A DNA stretch of 24,000 nucleotides, taken from assembly GCA_963662465.1 (NCBI GenBank), contig OY759599.1, positions 786,946 through 810,945 on the forward strand. Direction: 5' to 3'. Below, piece after piece: positions 1 to 8,270 of the stretch; positions within the stretch are counted from its first letter, which is position 1; each line of letters begins with the position of its first letter. The DNA comes from Desulfatiglandales bacterium. Its GTDB lineage: Bacteria > Desulfobacterota > DSM-4660 > Desulfatiglandales > Desulfatiglandaceae. The notes under the pieces were generated by a model, which was not told where the DNA came from, made no database searches, and saw nothing but the letters and a program-made list of their open reading frames with translations. The translations under genes were made by a program, and so were the position numbers.

Positions 1-1
1 C

Positions 2-1735
2 AACCATCCCGTTGCCTATGCGACCATCTCCCGTAACATAGAGAAAGATCTAGGACTTTCGGCACACACCATCGAACCATCAAACCTGGGCCGGGTGGAT
101 ACCTTCCCCTTCGAAGAAAAGGCGCTTCTCAAATGGGCGGGGATACTCATTTTGAAAGGGGAATACCGGCAGGCCCTGACGCTCATCTCAGAACGCCGAC
201 GAAGCTTCTGGGCGGATCGAACACTTGAGCGGCAATCCCAGTGGACCGCCTGCCGACTCATGGCCCGGCTGGGGGAGCGCATCCAAACGGCCCGAAAGGG
301 GCTTTTAAAAACCGGCCATGCGCCTCCCCAATGGATTGATGCCTACTGCAACCCGGAGGGATGGCACAGGGTGGACCTGGCTCAGCAGCAGATGGAGGCA
401 TGGACCGCTAAAATGACCGTGGACCCGGAGGCCGAAACGGCCCTTGAAAAGGTTCGGCAGACCTATGAGGATCTGCTTCAGGATATGGCCGTGGGGTTCA
501 TGGAGGCCCTGGAGCGTTCGGGATGGATCGTAGCGGATCTGCTTCAGCAGACGGACGTACACCCAAAGATGGTGGATGGGGAAAAGACGCCTGTGGCCTA
601 TTTTCTGGTAGATGCCATGCGGTTTGCCATGGCCCATGAATTTGTGAAAATGCTCCCCATGGCAAGCGATGTGACGGTGAAACCGGCCGTAGCCGCCTGG
701 CCTACGATCACCCCAGTCGGCATGGCCGCCTTGCTGCCTGGGGCTTCAGCGGGATTTAGCGTGGTGGAATCGGGCGGGAAGCTGGCGGCTCGAATCGATA
801 ACACGGCATTACCGGATGTCAGCGCCCGGTTGAAATTTTTGAAAGCCCGGGTTCCCGGCATGAAGGAAATGCTCCTTGAAAAACTGCTGCAGATGTCCGG
901 CAAAAGGCTTACAGGTGCTGTGTCCGGGGTTCCTCTGTTGGTGGTTCGTTCCCAGGAAATTGATGCCCTGGGGGAGATGACGGGCGGGCTCATCGCCCGG
1001 CAGGTCATGGACACCATGGTGGGAAATGTAGTTCGTGCGGTTCGAAAACTGGCCGATTGCGGCATCACCCGGTTCGTGGTCACCGCGGACCATGGTCATT
1101 TGTTTACCCGGAAAAAAGAGGACGCCTTCAAGACGGATTCACCGGGTGGAAAAACCCTGGAAATCCATCGCCGTTGCTGGATCGGGCAGGGTGGCAGCAC
1201 ACCGGTCGGAACCATTCGGCTTTCCGCATCCCAATTGGGTTACGACAGCGACCTGGAATTCGTTTTTCCCAGGGGGATCGGCGTATTTAAAAGCGGAGGC
1301 GACCTGGGATATCACCATGGGGGCCTGAGTCTGCAGGAAATGATTATTCCGGTCATCAGCTTTCGCATGAAACGGGAAAAGCGCATGATGGAACCGGGAA
1401 GCATCGTTTTACTTTCGGACGTTCCTGAAAAGCTGGCCAATCGAACATTCGGCATCAAGCTGGAAATGGGGGGACTTTTCAACCAAAGCCCCCTCAAGGT
1501 TCGGCCCATACTCCTGAGCCGGGATGTGATCGTGGGAAAAGCCGGCATGGCCCTGGATGGGGATTTTGAACAGGATAGCGGTTGCGTAATTCTTCAACCC
1601 GGAAAGAAGGCCGGCGTGGGCATGCTTCTTGAAAATGAAGACTGTAAAACGATCCGGGTGATGATCCAGGATCCGGCAACGGATGCTGTACTGGCCCAAT
1701 CCGATGATATCCCCGTTAACTTAGGAACCCAATAA
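2..1735 (+). CDS. pglZ: BREX protein PglZ (alkaline-phosphatase superfamily), C-terminal ~577 aa; 5' end lies upstream of the window
   Basis: Frame 2 has no stop from nt 2 up to the GTG at 95 that the ORF track uses, so the gene enters from upstream. It carries the PglZ-type metal-site signature 'RFVVTADHGHLF'. It lies directly 5' of a BrxL-type gene, which is the canonical type-1 BREX order. Confidence 0.8.
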   Translation, partial: NHPVAYATISRNIEKDLGLSAHTIEPSNLGRVDTFPFEEKALLKWAGILILKGEYRQALTLISERRRSFWADRTLERQSQWTACRLMARLGERIQTARKGLLKTGHAPPQWIDAYCNPEGWHRVDLAQQQMEAWTAKMTVDPEAETALEKVRQTYEDLLQDMAVGFMEALERSGWIVADLLQQTDVHPKMVDGEKTPVAYFLVDAMRFAMAHEFVKMLPMASDVTVKPAVAAWPTITPVGMAALLPGASAGFSVVESGGKLAARIDNTALPDVSARLKFLKARVPGMKEMLLEKLLQMSGKRLTGAVSGVPLLVVRSQEIDALGEMTGGLIARQVMDTMVGNVVRAVRKLADCGITRFVVTADHGHLFTRKKEDAFKTDSPGGKTLEIHRRCWIGQGGSTPVGTIRLSASQLGYDSDLEFVFPRGIGVFKSGGDLGYHHGGLSLQEMIIPVISFRMKREKRMMEPGSIVLLSDVPEKLANRTFGIKLEMGGLFNQSPLKVRPILLSRDVIVGKAGMALDGDFEQDSGCVILQPGKKAGVGMLLENEDCKTIRVMIQDPATDAVLAQSDDIPVNLGTQ

Positions 1736-3783
1736 TGGAAGAAAAATATACTCAGATCCCGGAGCGGGACGCGCTGGACGATAAGATTAACCGCGTCTTT
1801 TCCGGACGGGTGGTGCGAAAGGATCTGGTCAGAAAAGTGAAGGTGGGCGCCAATGTCCCGGTATTTGTGCTGGAATTCCTGTTGGGCAAATACTGTGCGT
1901 CATCGGATGAAATGGCCATTCAGATGGGCCTTCAGGTGGTCAATAAAACTTTGGCGGAAAACTACATCGGTCCGGACGAGTCCACTCGGGCAAAGAGCCT
2001 GGTGAAGGAGGAAAACACCCACACCTTTATCGACAAGGTCAAGGTGCGCCTGGTGGATTCCGACTACTGGGCCGAAGTGGTCAATTTCGGGGACCGGTTT
2101 GTGCATGTCCCCTCCCACTACGTGCGGGAATATGACCGACTGCTCATGGGCGGCGTCTGGTCTCAGGTGGACCTGCGGTTTGATTACGACGAAGAGAGCC
2201 GGGGGAAACACCCTTTCTGGATTGACAAGCTGGCCCCTATCCAGATCGCCACCTTTGACATCAATGACTATTGCAGCTTGCGGACGGAATTTACTTCCGA
2301 AGAATGGGTGGATTTGCTGGTGCGGAGCATGGGCTATGAAGCTGGGGAAATGGACCGGCGATTGAAGCTGCATTTTCTCATTCGCCTTCTTCCCCTCTGT
2401 GAACGCAATTACAACCTGGTAGAGCTGGGACCCCGGGGAACCGGTAAGAGCTTCGTTATTCAGGAAATTTCTCCCTACTGCGCCCTGTTGACCGGCCCTA
2501 CCACCGTGGCCAATATGTTTGGGCACATGAGCGGTCGGCACAAGGGAATGGTTTCCATCTGGGACGTGGTGGGCTTTGACGAGGTAGCCGATCTTCAGAA
2601 GATGCCCAAAGAAGTCATCACAACCCTCAAAACCTACTGCGAATCGGGCACCTTCCAGCGGGGCAAGGACGCGGATTCAGGGAATGCCGGCATCGTCATG
2701 TTCGGAAACACCAACCAGCCCATCGACGTCATGGTGCAAACAGGCCATCTCTTCGCTCCCATGCCGGATGTGATCCGGGACGACATGGCCTTTATCGACC
2801 GCATCCATTTCTACCTGCCCGGCTGGGAAATTCCAAAAATGCGGGTGGAGCTGTTCACCCGACATTACGGCTTTGTGGTGGATTATCTGGCTGAGGCCTT
2901 AAGGGCTTTGCGCAAACATAACTTCACCGAGGTTATCGACCAGCATTTCAGCCTTGGTTCCCACTTAAATGCCCGGGACCGGAAGGCCGTTAGAAAGACA
3001 GTATCGGGCCTCATGAAGATCCTCTACCCTAACGGCGAGGCGACCTCTGACGAGCTGAAGGAAATCACGGAACTGGCCCTTGAAGGCCGCCGAAGAGTTA
3101 AAGAACAGCTCAAGAAGATGGGCTCCTTTGAATATTATCACACCTCCTTCAGCTACATGGAAAAGGAGACCGGCGAAGAACACTTTGTGGGCACGCCCGA
3201 AATGGGCGGTCGGGGCCTCATTTCATCAGACCCCCTGGCCCCGGGAACCGTTTACAGCGCCACCGTCAACGCCGAAGGCACGGTGGGCATGTACCGCATC
3301 GAGGTGAGTGTATCGCCGGGGACCGGGAAGCTCAAAACTGCGGGTGGAGTTTCCGGGATTACCAAGGAATCCATCCAGCGTGCCTTTGGCTACCTGGCCG
3401 CCACCAAAGGTGAGCTGGGTCTGGCCCGTGAAGTAGACAATTCCGATTTTCATGTGGAGGTCTTGGATCTCTTGAACAACAAGGTTCAGGGAGAACTGGG
3501 GGTGGCCTTTTTCGTGGCCGTTTTTTCCGCCATCCGCAAGAGTCCCGCAACACCGGCAACCCTGATTATCGGCGACATGAGCATCCAGGGCAACATCAAG
3601 CCTGCCCGCTCCCTGGTGGAACCCCTTCAGGTGGCCAAAGACAACGGCGCCAAACGCGCGCTCATTCCCATCGAAAACAAACGCAACTTCCTGGATGTGG
3701 ATGCCGACATCATGGAACACGTGGACCCGGTCTTTTATGGGGAACCGAGGGCGGCGGCTTTGAAAGCCCTGGCGTTGAGTTAA
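1735..3783 (+). CDS. brxL: BREX protein BrxL (AAA+/MCM-like ATPase with C-terminal Lon-protease-like domain)
   Basis: 682 aa. The ATG overlaps the pglZ stop (TAATG at 1733-1737). Walker A 'GPRGTGKS' and Walker B-like 'WDVVGFDEV' are present. The C-terminal Lon-like region reads 'IIGDMSIQGNIKP...VAKDNGAKRALIPIENK'. Length and position, as the last gene after pglZ, fit BrxL. Confidence 0.85.
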   Translation: MEEKYTQIPERDALDDKINRVFSGRVVRKDLVRKVKVGANVPVFVLEFLLGKYCASSDEMAIQMGLQVVNKTLAENYIGPDESTRAKSLVKEENTHTFIDKVKVRLVDSDYWAEVVNFGDRFVHVPSHYVREYDRLLMGGVWSQVDLRFDYDEESRGKHPFWIDKLAPIQIATFDINDYCSLRTEFTSEEWVDLLVRSMGYEAGEMDRRLKLHFLIRLLPLCERNYNLVELGPRGTGKSFVIQEISPYCALLTGPTTVANMFGHMSGRHKGMVSIWDVVGFDEVADLQKMPKEVITTLKTYCESGTFQRGKDADSGNAGIVMFGNTNQPIDVMVQTGHLFAPMPDVIRDDMAFIDRIHFYLPGWEIPKMRVELFTRHYGFVVDYLAEALRALRKHNFTEVIDQHFSLGSHLNARDRKAVRKTVSGLMKILYPNGEATSDELKEITELALEGRRRVKEQLKKMGSFEYYHTSFSYMEKETGEEHFVGTPEMGGRGLISSDPLAPGTVYSATVNAEGTVGMYRIEVSVSPGTGKLKTAGGVSGITKESIQRAFGYLAATKGELGLAREVDNSDFHVEVLDLLNNKVQGELGVAFFVAVFSAIRKSPATPATLIIGDMSIQGNIKPARSLVEPLQVAKDNGAKRALIPIENKRNFLDVDADIMEHVDPVFYGEPRAAALKALALS

Positions 3784-3995
3784 TAGGGGCATTATTCTTA
3801 AAAAACGACCCGGCTTTAAAAACTGGAGAAGTGATGCACGTTTTATCGAAGGACGTCATGCCAAGAGCGTAACGCCCTTTTTTTGATTGTTTCAAAGGGT
3901 GAATTGGCGTAACCTGAGAACTGTTGAAACATGAAAGATGTGAGACTTGGACTTACAGACCTCCCGGAAAACAGTTCGGAATTCCATGATGTGTT

Positions 3996-4271
3996 ATGAC
4001 TGAAATTCTCAGCATGAAAACCGTCTTTGTTTTTCCCAGCCTCATCGCTTTGATGCTGTTCGTCTGCATGCTTTATGTGTACCGAAAGGGCAGAACATAT
4101 CAGGGTTTCAGGCATTGGGCCCTTGCGTCCTTGTTGTATGCGCTTGGCAGCTGTCTGATTTTATTGCGGAATATTGCCTCCGATCTGGTCAGCATCATAG
4201 CGGCCAATATTCTGCTGATCGCCTCCATGTTGATAATCTCCCAGCGGGCTTGTCGAAATTACGCCAAATAA
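3996..4271 (+). CDS. Small 2-3 TM membrane ORF; possibly the 5' remnant of a membrane sensor gene
   Basis: 91 codons, with an alternative ATG at 4014 (MKTVFVFPSLIALMLF...). The hydrophobic helices resemble the N-terminal membrane modules of sensor cyclases/kinases, but the frame stops at 4271 and AT-rich non-coding sequence follows. No convincing RBS was seen. Confidence 0.3.
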   Translation: MTEILSMKTVFVFPSLIALMLFVCMLYVYRKGRTYQGFRHWALASLLYALGSCLILLRNIASDLVSIIAANILLIASMLIISQRACRNYAK

Positions 4272-4367
4272 ATGCTTCATCCAGAATCATCTTCATGTTA
4301 TAAACTTGAATTTGAGTTTCATGTGTTATCGTTGTATTCATGTGAACAAACTAAGGGAGGGATAAAT

Positions 4368-4685
4368 ATGGAAAATCCCAGAACGCGAAGTGCCCGAACG
4401 GTTTTGCGAGAATGTTTCTGGGGAGATTATCAATTAACCGCCGAAGAACTGCTCCACAGGCTGGATAAAAATGATGTTGGATTTGACCGTTTCGTGTTTT
4501 CCAAGATTGTGGAAAACAGCGATTATCCTTCTCGGCATATTCGTGTACTGTTTCATCCGGACAAATGGCAAAAACTGCTGGATCGTTACATGAAAGCAGG
4601 CGGAAATTCAAAAAGACTTCGCCTCGTGGCAGCCAACATGACGGGAGACTACGATCTGGCAAAGGAATATGCATGGGGAATTTAG
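4368..4685 (+). CDS. Short protein upstream of and overlapping the AbiEii-type toxin; candidate cognate antitoxin/partner
   Basis: The ATG at 4368 is preceded by AAGGGAGGG with 6-nt spacing. 105 aa. Its 3' end overlaps the downstream ATG (4673) by 13 nt, consistent with translational coupling. It begins '...RECFWGDYQLTAEELLHRL...', similar to short proteins I recall upstream of AbiEii-like genes. The family assignment is not verifiable here. Confidence 0.55.
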   Translation: MENPRTRSARTVLRECFWGDYQLTAEELLHRLDKNDVGFDRFVFSKIVENSDYPSRHIRVLFHPDKWQKLLDRYMKAGGNSKRLRLVAANMTGDYDLAKEYAWGI

Positions 4686-5314
4686 ACTACCGTATGTTGT
4701 ACCGCATTCAGGATCGGGTGCTAAAAATTGTTTCAAGTGCTGATACCCACTTTTACCTCACTGGAGGCACTTGTTTGAATCGGTTTTATTTTGAAAAGCG
4801 GCACTCCGCGGACTTGGATTTTTTCTCCAACGAGAGCAACCTGTTTCGAGAAGATGTTCGAATGCTGCTGGATGTGTTCAATGCAAACGATTCTAAATAT
4901 GAGGTCTTGGTCGATGCCCGGGATTTTGTAAGGCTTTTGATGTCATCTGTACTCAAAGTCGATGTGGTCAACGACAGGGTTTACCGTTTCGGCAGAAATA
5001 TCAGAACTCCTGACGGTCTCATCTTGGACAACACCCTGAATATTGCCGCAAACAAGATATGCGCAGTTCTGGGGCGGGACGAACCCAAGGATGTGTTTGA
5101 CCTGTATACCTTGTTTTGTCACGCAGGGTTGGACTGGGACAATGTCCTTGCCGTGTCGAGAAGAAAATGCGCTTTTGAAACGGAAGTTCTCGAATACCGG
5201 CTGAGGTCATTTCCCATCCACCTGGTGGATTTTCTGCCGGTTCTGTCACCATCGTTCCTGAGGGATTTTAAGGCAGGCTATGGTGGAATGGTGGCGGCTA
5301 TTTGTGCTGTTTAG
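4673..5314 (+). CDS. Nucleotidyltransferase AbiEii/AbiGii-family toxin (type IV TA / abortive infection)
   Basis: 213 aa from 'MGNLDYRMLYRIQDRVLKIV'. The NTase motif 'FYLTGGTCLNRFYFEKRHSADLDFF' (GG...DxD) is typical of AbiEii (formerly DUF1814) proteins. The track ORF starts at 4565, but that upstream part lies inside the preceding gene. Confidence 0.8.
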   Translation: MGNLDYRMLYRIQDRVLKIVSSADTHFYLTGGTCLNRFYFEKRHSADLDFFSNESNLFREDVRMLLDVFNANDSKYEVLVDARDFVRLLMSSVLKVDVVNDRVYRFGRNIRTPDGLILDNTLNIAANKICAVLGRDEPKDVFDLYTLFCHAGLDWDNVLAVSRRKCAFETEVLEYRLRSFPIHLVDFLPVLSPSFLRDFKAGYGGMVAAICAV

Positions 5315-5437
5315 CGGGTGAGCGGCTCAGCATCCATTCTCTTGACCGCCCCGACTTGCCAGGTGATTGATCACAACCGTTTTGAACCCATTTTTTTTGC
5401 GTTGGTTCGCTTTAAGCCAATTTAAAGGAGCTCGATT

Positions 5438-6409
5438 ATGGCAAAACCGAAGTGTAAAATTTGTAATGATAAACGCGCCAAAAGAAAATGTTCGGTATAC
5501 AATGATCAATTCATCTGCCCTTCATGCTGTGCTGATTTGCGCAACGAGGCATGTGAAGGGTGTCGTTATTACCAGGCCGCAGTCAGATATGAAGGATCGA
5601 AAACAGAAGCCAAAACGAAGAAAAAGTTCATCATGGAAATCAATGAGGAGGTTGAAGACGCTGTTGACGGCGCCATGAAATGGGTGGGGGAAGGGAATTT
5701 CAAAAAAGCACGCGGCATACTCCATGATCTCGATAAACAGCACCCCGGGAATCATTTAGTCATGTATGGGTTTGGAACGGCGTGCGCTCTCGAAGACAAT
5801 CTTGAAGATGCCATAGAATATTTTAATAAAGCCATTGAGATTTTTCCCTATTTTGCTCATGCCTATTACAATCTGGGCGCCGCCTATCAAAAGAAATACG
5901 ATCTGCGAAAATCCGTTGATTGTATGCAGCGGGTCATTGACATCGGAGGAGATGATGAATTGGTTCAGAAGGCACGGGATTTAATCCGATTTCTTGAAAA
6001 AATGGTCATGAAAAACTCCAAAATCAGTCTGGATGAATATTTGAAAGCCCAGGATTTGTTTGAAGCCGCATTTTCCCATATGGAGAAGGGCCGATGGGAA
6101 CGGGCTATTCCAGAATTCCGGAAATGTATTAAAATCAATCCGGATCATGCGCAGAGCTATGGGAATATGGGCCTTTGCCATGCCCAATTGGGTGAGAAAT
6201 CAAAAGCATTGGCCGCTTTCGACGAGGCATTGAAAATTGACCCCGAATATGAACCGGCGATTGTCAACAAGACCCATGTAGAAAAAATGCGGGATGGTGA
6301 GCCTTCGACCATTCTGCCAATGGAATCCATCGAGTATTATCGGGAGTATCCCCACAGGAAGAAGAGTTATATTCAATCTCTTTTGAACAAAGCTGAGGAG
6401 GATTCATAG
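5438..6409 (+). CDS. Cys-rich zinc-ribbon + TPR-repeat protein, function unknown
   Basis: AAAGGAG RBS before the ATG. The N-terminus has 8 Cys in 42 aa (CKIC...C...CPSCC...CEGC). It is followed by several TPR-like repeats ('AIEYFNKAIEIFPYFAHAYYNLGAAY', 'AIPEFRKCIKINPDHAQSYGNMGLCH', 'ALAAFDEALKIDPEYEPA'). Confidence 0.8.
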   Translation: MAKPKCKICNDKRAKRKCSVYNDQFICPSCCADLRNEACEGCRYYQAAVRYEGSKTEAKTKKKFIMEINEEVEDAVDGAMKWVGEGNFKKARGILHDLDKQHPGNHLVMYGFGTACALEDNLEDAIEYFNKAIEIFPYFAHAYYNLGAAYQKKYDLRKSVDCMQRVIDIGGDDELVQKARDLIRFLEKMVMKNSKISLDEYLKAQDLFEAAFSHMEKGRWERAIPEFRKCIKINPDHAQSYGNMGLCHAQLGEKSKALAAFDEALKIDPEYEPAIVNKTHVEKMRDGEPSTILPMESIEYYREYPHRKKSYIQSLLNKAEEDS

Positions 6410-6437
6410 AAGGGCGTTGCTCTTTTGAAAACACCCG

Positions 6438-7532
6438 CTACCTGAAATACTGCTTCAATTTCTCAAGATCGTTTCCCACTTCGGCCAGGGCCAGCATCAA
6501 CAACAGACGCGCTTTGGTTCCCATGAGGTCTCCGGCCAAAATGGCGCCCTTTTCCGCCAGCATGCCGCCGCCTCCCTTGTCGCCGTAGGCCGGTTCCACC
6601 GAGCCGTAATAAACCCGGGTGGATATAATCACCGGAATGTTTTTTGAAAGGGCGTACAGAATGGCGTCACAGGTATCCGCATTGACATTGCCCGCGCCCA
6701 GGGCGTCAATGACCAGGCCTTTGGCCCCTTTATCCACGGCGTAACGGATGAGATCCCCATGGTCCCCGGCGAAGGTACTCAGGAACGGTACAGGGGGAAG
6801 CGTTGCGGGAAGGGGCAATTTTATTCCGTGAACCCTGTTGTTGAATCGCGTGACCTTGCCGTTATACACGTAGCCCAGATACCCCTTTTCACCGGATTGA
6901 AAGGTCTGCACATTGGTGGTCTGGGTTTTTCTCACCGCTCTTGCCCCATTGATGTAGGAATTGAGGGTTACGGTAACGCCCATTCCCTGCCCCTCCTTTG
7001 ACGAAGCCTGCACAACGGCGTTCAGGATATTGCCGGGCCCGTCCGAACAGGGGGCGGAGGCATCTTTCATGGCCCCGGTAAACACCACCGGCTTGTCGCT
7101 GTGAACGGTCAATGACAGGAAGTACGCCCCTTCGGCCATGGTGTCCGTTCCATGGGTGATCACCACGCCGGCGATATCGGGTCTTTTGATGATGTCGTTC
7201 ACTTTTCTGCTGAGTTTCAGCCAGATCTCCGGTGTCATCTGTGAGCTGTCAATGTTCATGAAATTCAAAACACCGATGTTGGCAATCTTGTCTAAACCGG
7301 GTACGGCGTTTACCAGTTCATCTCCGGTAAGTGTCGGGACAGACTTGCCGGACTTGGGATCCTTCTTTTCAGCGATGGTTCCGCCGGTGGTGACGATGGC
7401 CACATTCGGCAGTTTCGGATCGGTGACGTGGATCTTGAGATCCGAAGATTCTGCTGCCCCTGAGAAATGTGGAAAAAAGGACGATAACAAGAGTACGATG
7501 ATGAATGTGGAAAAAAGTCTTACGGGCTTCAT
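6438..7532 (-). CDS. ansB: Periplasmic/secreted type II L-asparaginase
   Basis: 364 aa. N-terminal signal peptide 'MKPVRLFSTFIIVLLLSSFFPHFSGAAES'. The catalytic motifs 'VTTGGTIAEKK' (nucleophile Thr) and 'ITHGTDTMAEGAYF' are both present. GGAGAA RBS lies 6 nt upstream of the ATG. Confidence 0.9.
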   Translation of the reverse strand: MKPVRLFSTFIIVLLLSSFFPHFSGAAESSDLKIHVTDPKLPNVAIVTTGGTIAEKKDPKSGKSVPTLTGDELVNAVPGLDKIANIGVLNFMNIDSSQMTPEIWLKLSRKVNDIIKRPDIAGVVITHGTDTMAEGAYFLSLTVHSDKPVVFTGAMKDASAPCSDGPGNILNAVVQASSKEGQGMGVTVTLNSYINGARAVRKTQTTNVQTFQSGEKGYLGYVYNGKVTRFNNRVHGIKLPLPATLPPVPFLSTFAGDHGDLIRYAVDKGAKGLVIDALGAGNVNADTCDAILYALSKNIPVIISTRVYYGSVEPAYGDKGGGGMLAEKGAILAGDLMGTKARLLLMLALAEVGNDLEKLKQYFR

Positions 7533-7573
7533 AGTGTTCTCCGTTCCATAATGTCTGCAATATTTATGCTTTC

Positions 7574-7591
7574 CGTAAACTACAGTTTACG
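7574..7591. promoter_or_regulatory. Perfect 7-bp inverted repeat CGTAAAC-TACA-GTTTACG, ~40-60 bp upstream of the asparaginase start; putative operator
   Basis: Read directly from the sequence. It lies in the AT-rich divergent intergenic region between ansB (-) and the AbrB-like gene (+). Confidence 0.3.
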
Positions 7592-7669
7592 CAAAAATCT
7601 TTGAAAATGTCAAATGGACAAAACACTTACCTTCCGTCGTTTTTCAAGAAGTTTTGCTTGTAAACAATT

Positions 7670-7697
7670 CTGATAAGTAATAATGTTTTACTATCAG
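7670..7697. promoter_or_regulatory. Imperfect inverted repeat CTGATAaGTAA-N6-TTTACTATCAG just upstream of the AbrB-like antitoxin; putative TA autoregulatory operator
   Basis: The arms CTGATA/TATCAG and GTAA/TTAC pair with a one-base bulge. The repeat lies 24-50 bp upstream of the 7721 ATG, where TA operators normally sit. Confidence 0.35.
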
Positions 7698-7720
7698 AAA
7701 ATAAAATGAGGTGCAAATGA

Positions 7721-7966
7721 ATGGAAATAAGAAAAGTCTCAATAAAATCACAGGTAACTTTGCCCAAAGAATTTGCAGGGAAACTGGTTTCAATTGAAAA
7801 CCTTTCTGAAGGGGTTATTCAGATTAAAATGGGCGAATTCATTCCCCATTCCGAGAGAATGTTTCACACGGAAGAATACAGAAAACGCCTGGAAAAGTTT
7901 GACCGATGGATGGATCAACACGAGCCTGAAGAATCAAATTTGGAAGACCTATCGGGAGACAGATGA
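7721..7966 (+). CDS. AbrB/MazE/SpoVT-fold antitoxin-like protein
   Basis: 81 aa. The N-terminal 'IKSQVTLPKEFAGKLVSIENLSEGVIQIKMGE' matches the swapped-hairpin SpoVT-AbrB pattern, and the C-terminus is acidic. GAGGTG RBS. The stop (7964-7966) is 1 nt from the next ATG (7968). Confidence 0.65.
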   Translation: MEIRKVSIKSQVTLPKEFAGKLVSIENLSEGVIQIKMGEFIPHSERMFHTEEYRKRLEKFDRWMDQHEPEESNLEDLSGDR

Positions 7967-7967
7967 A

Positions 7968-8270
7968 ATGAAGGTTCGCCTTGATTTAAACAACCCCGAT
8001 TTTCAAAAAGAATGGTTTTCTTTGCAAAAAGAAGAGTTTGCAATCTCAAGGAATACGTTGAAAAAGATCGTTATGATGGATTGGCATCAGGTCTATCATG
8101 ATAGGGGCCTGAAATGGGAAAAGATTCAGTCCATAAAAACAGATAAAGGAAGGGAACTCTATACCATCCGCCTGAGCAGAAAACGCCGAGCCGTGGTATG
8201 CCGGAAAAATGATTTTATGATCTTTGTTTCACTTCATCCGGATCATGATTCCGCCTACAAGATGGCATAA
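7968..8270 (+). CDS. RelE/ParE-superfamily-like toxin (tentative)
   Basis: 100 aa from 'MKVRLDLNNPDF'. The C-terminal pattern 'LYTIRLSRKRRAVVCRKNDFMIFVSLHPDHDSAY' resembles the RelE/ParE/HigB core (xRhxxxxRhh...hhhhxhxxHxxxY). It is tightly coupled to the AbrB-like gene. The track ORF start at 7773 overlaps the antitoxin and is unlikely. Confidence 0.5.
   Translation: MKVRLDLNNPDFQKEWFSLQKEEFAISRNTLKKIVMMDWHQVYHDRGLKWEKIQSIKTDKGRELYTIRLSRKRRAVVCRKNDFMIFVSLHPDHDSAYKMA

Noticed and set aside
95-97. GTG at 95 as the start of the first gene
   Set aside because: The same frame is open from nt 2 with no stop, and 546 aa is short for PglZ. The gene almost certainly begins upstream of the window.
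3300-3783. BrxL C-terminal domain as an active Lon-type serine protease
   Set aside because: The segment aligning with the Lon catalytic-Ser region reads 'VAFFVAVFSAIRK' rather than a GPSAG-type motif. By eye I cannot support a protease active site, so the domain is described only as Lon-like.
3866-3884. Possible rho-independent terminator after brxL (GCGTAACGC followed by CCTTTTTTT)
   Set aside because: The T-tract is good, but the stem is only 3 bp (GCG/CGC) with a 3-nt loop. That is too weak to call.
5363-5374. Short palindrome GTGAT-TG-ATCAC upstream of the TPR gene
   Set aside because: Only 5-bp arms. This is expected by chance in 24 kb, and no second copy was seen.
6410-6437. Possible bidirectional terminator hairpin between the convergent TPR and asparaginase genes (GGGCGTT...AACACCC)
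   Set aside because: The stem contains a mismatch, the loop is 11 nt, and there is no flanking U-tract on either strand.
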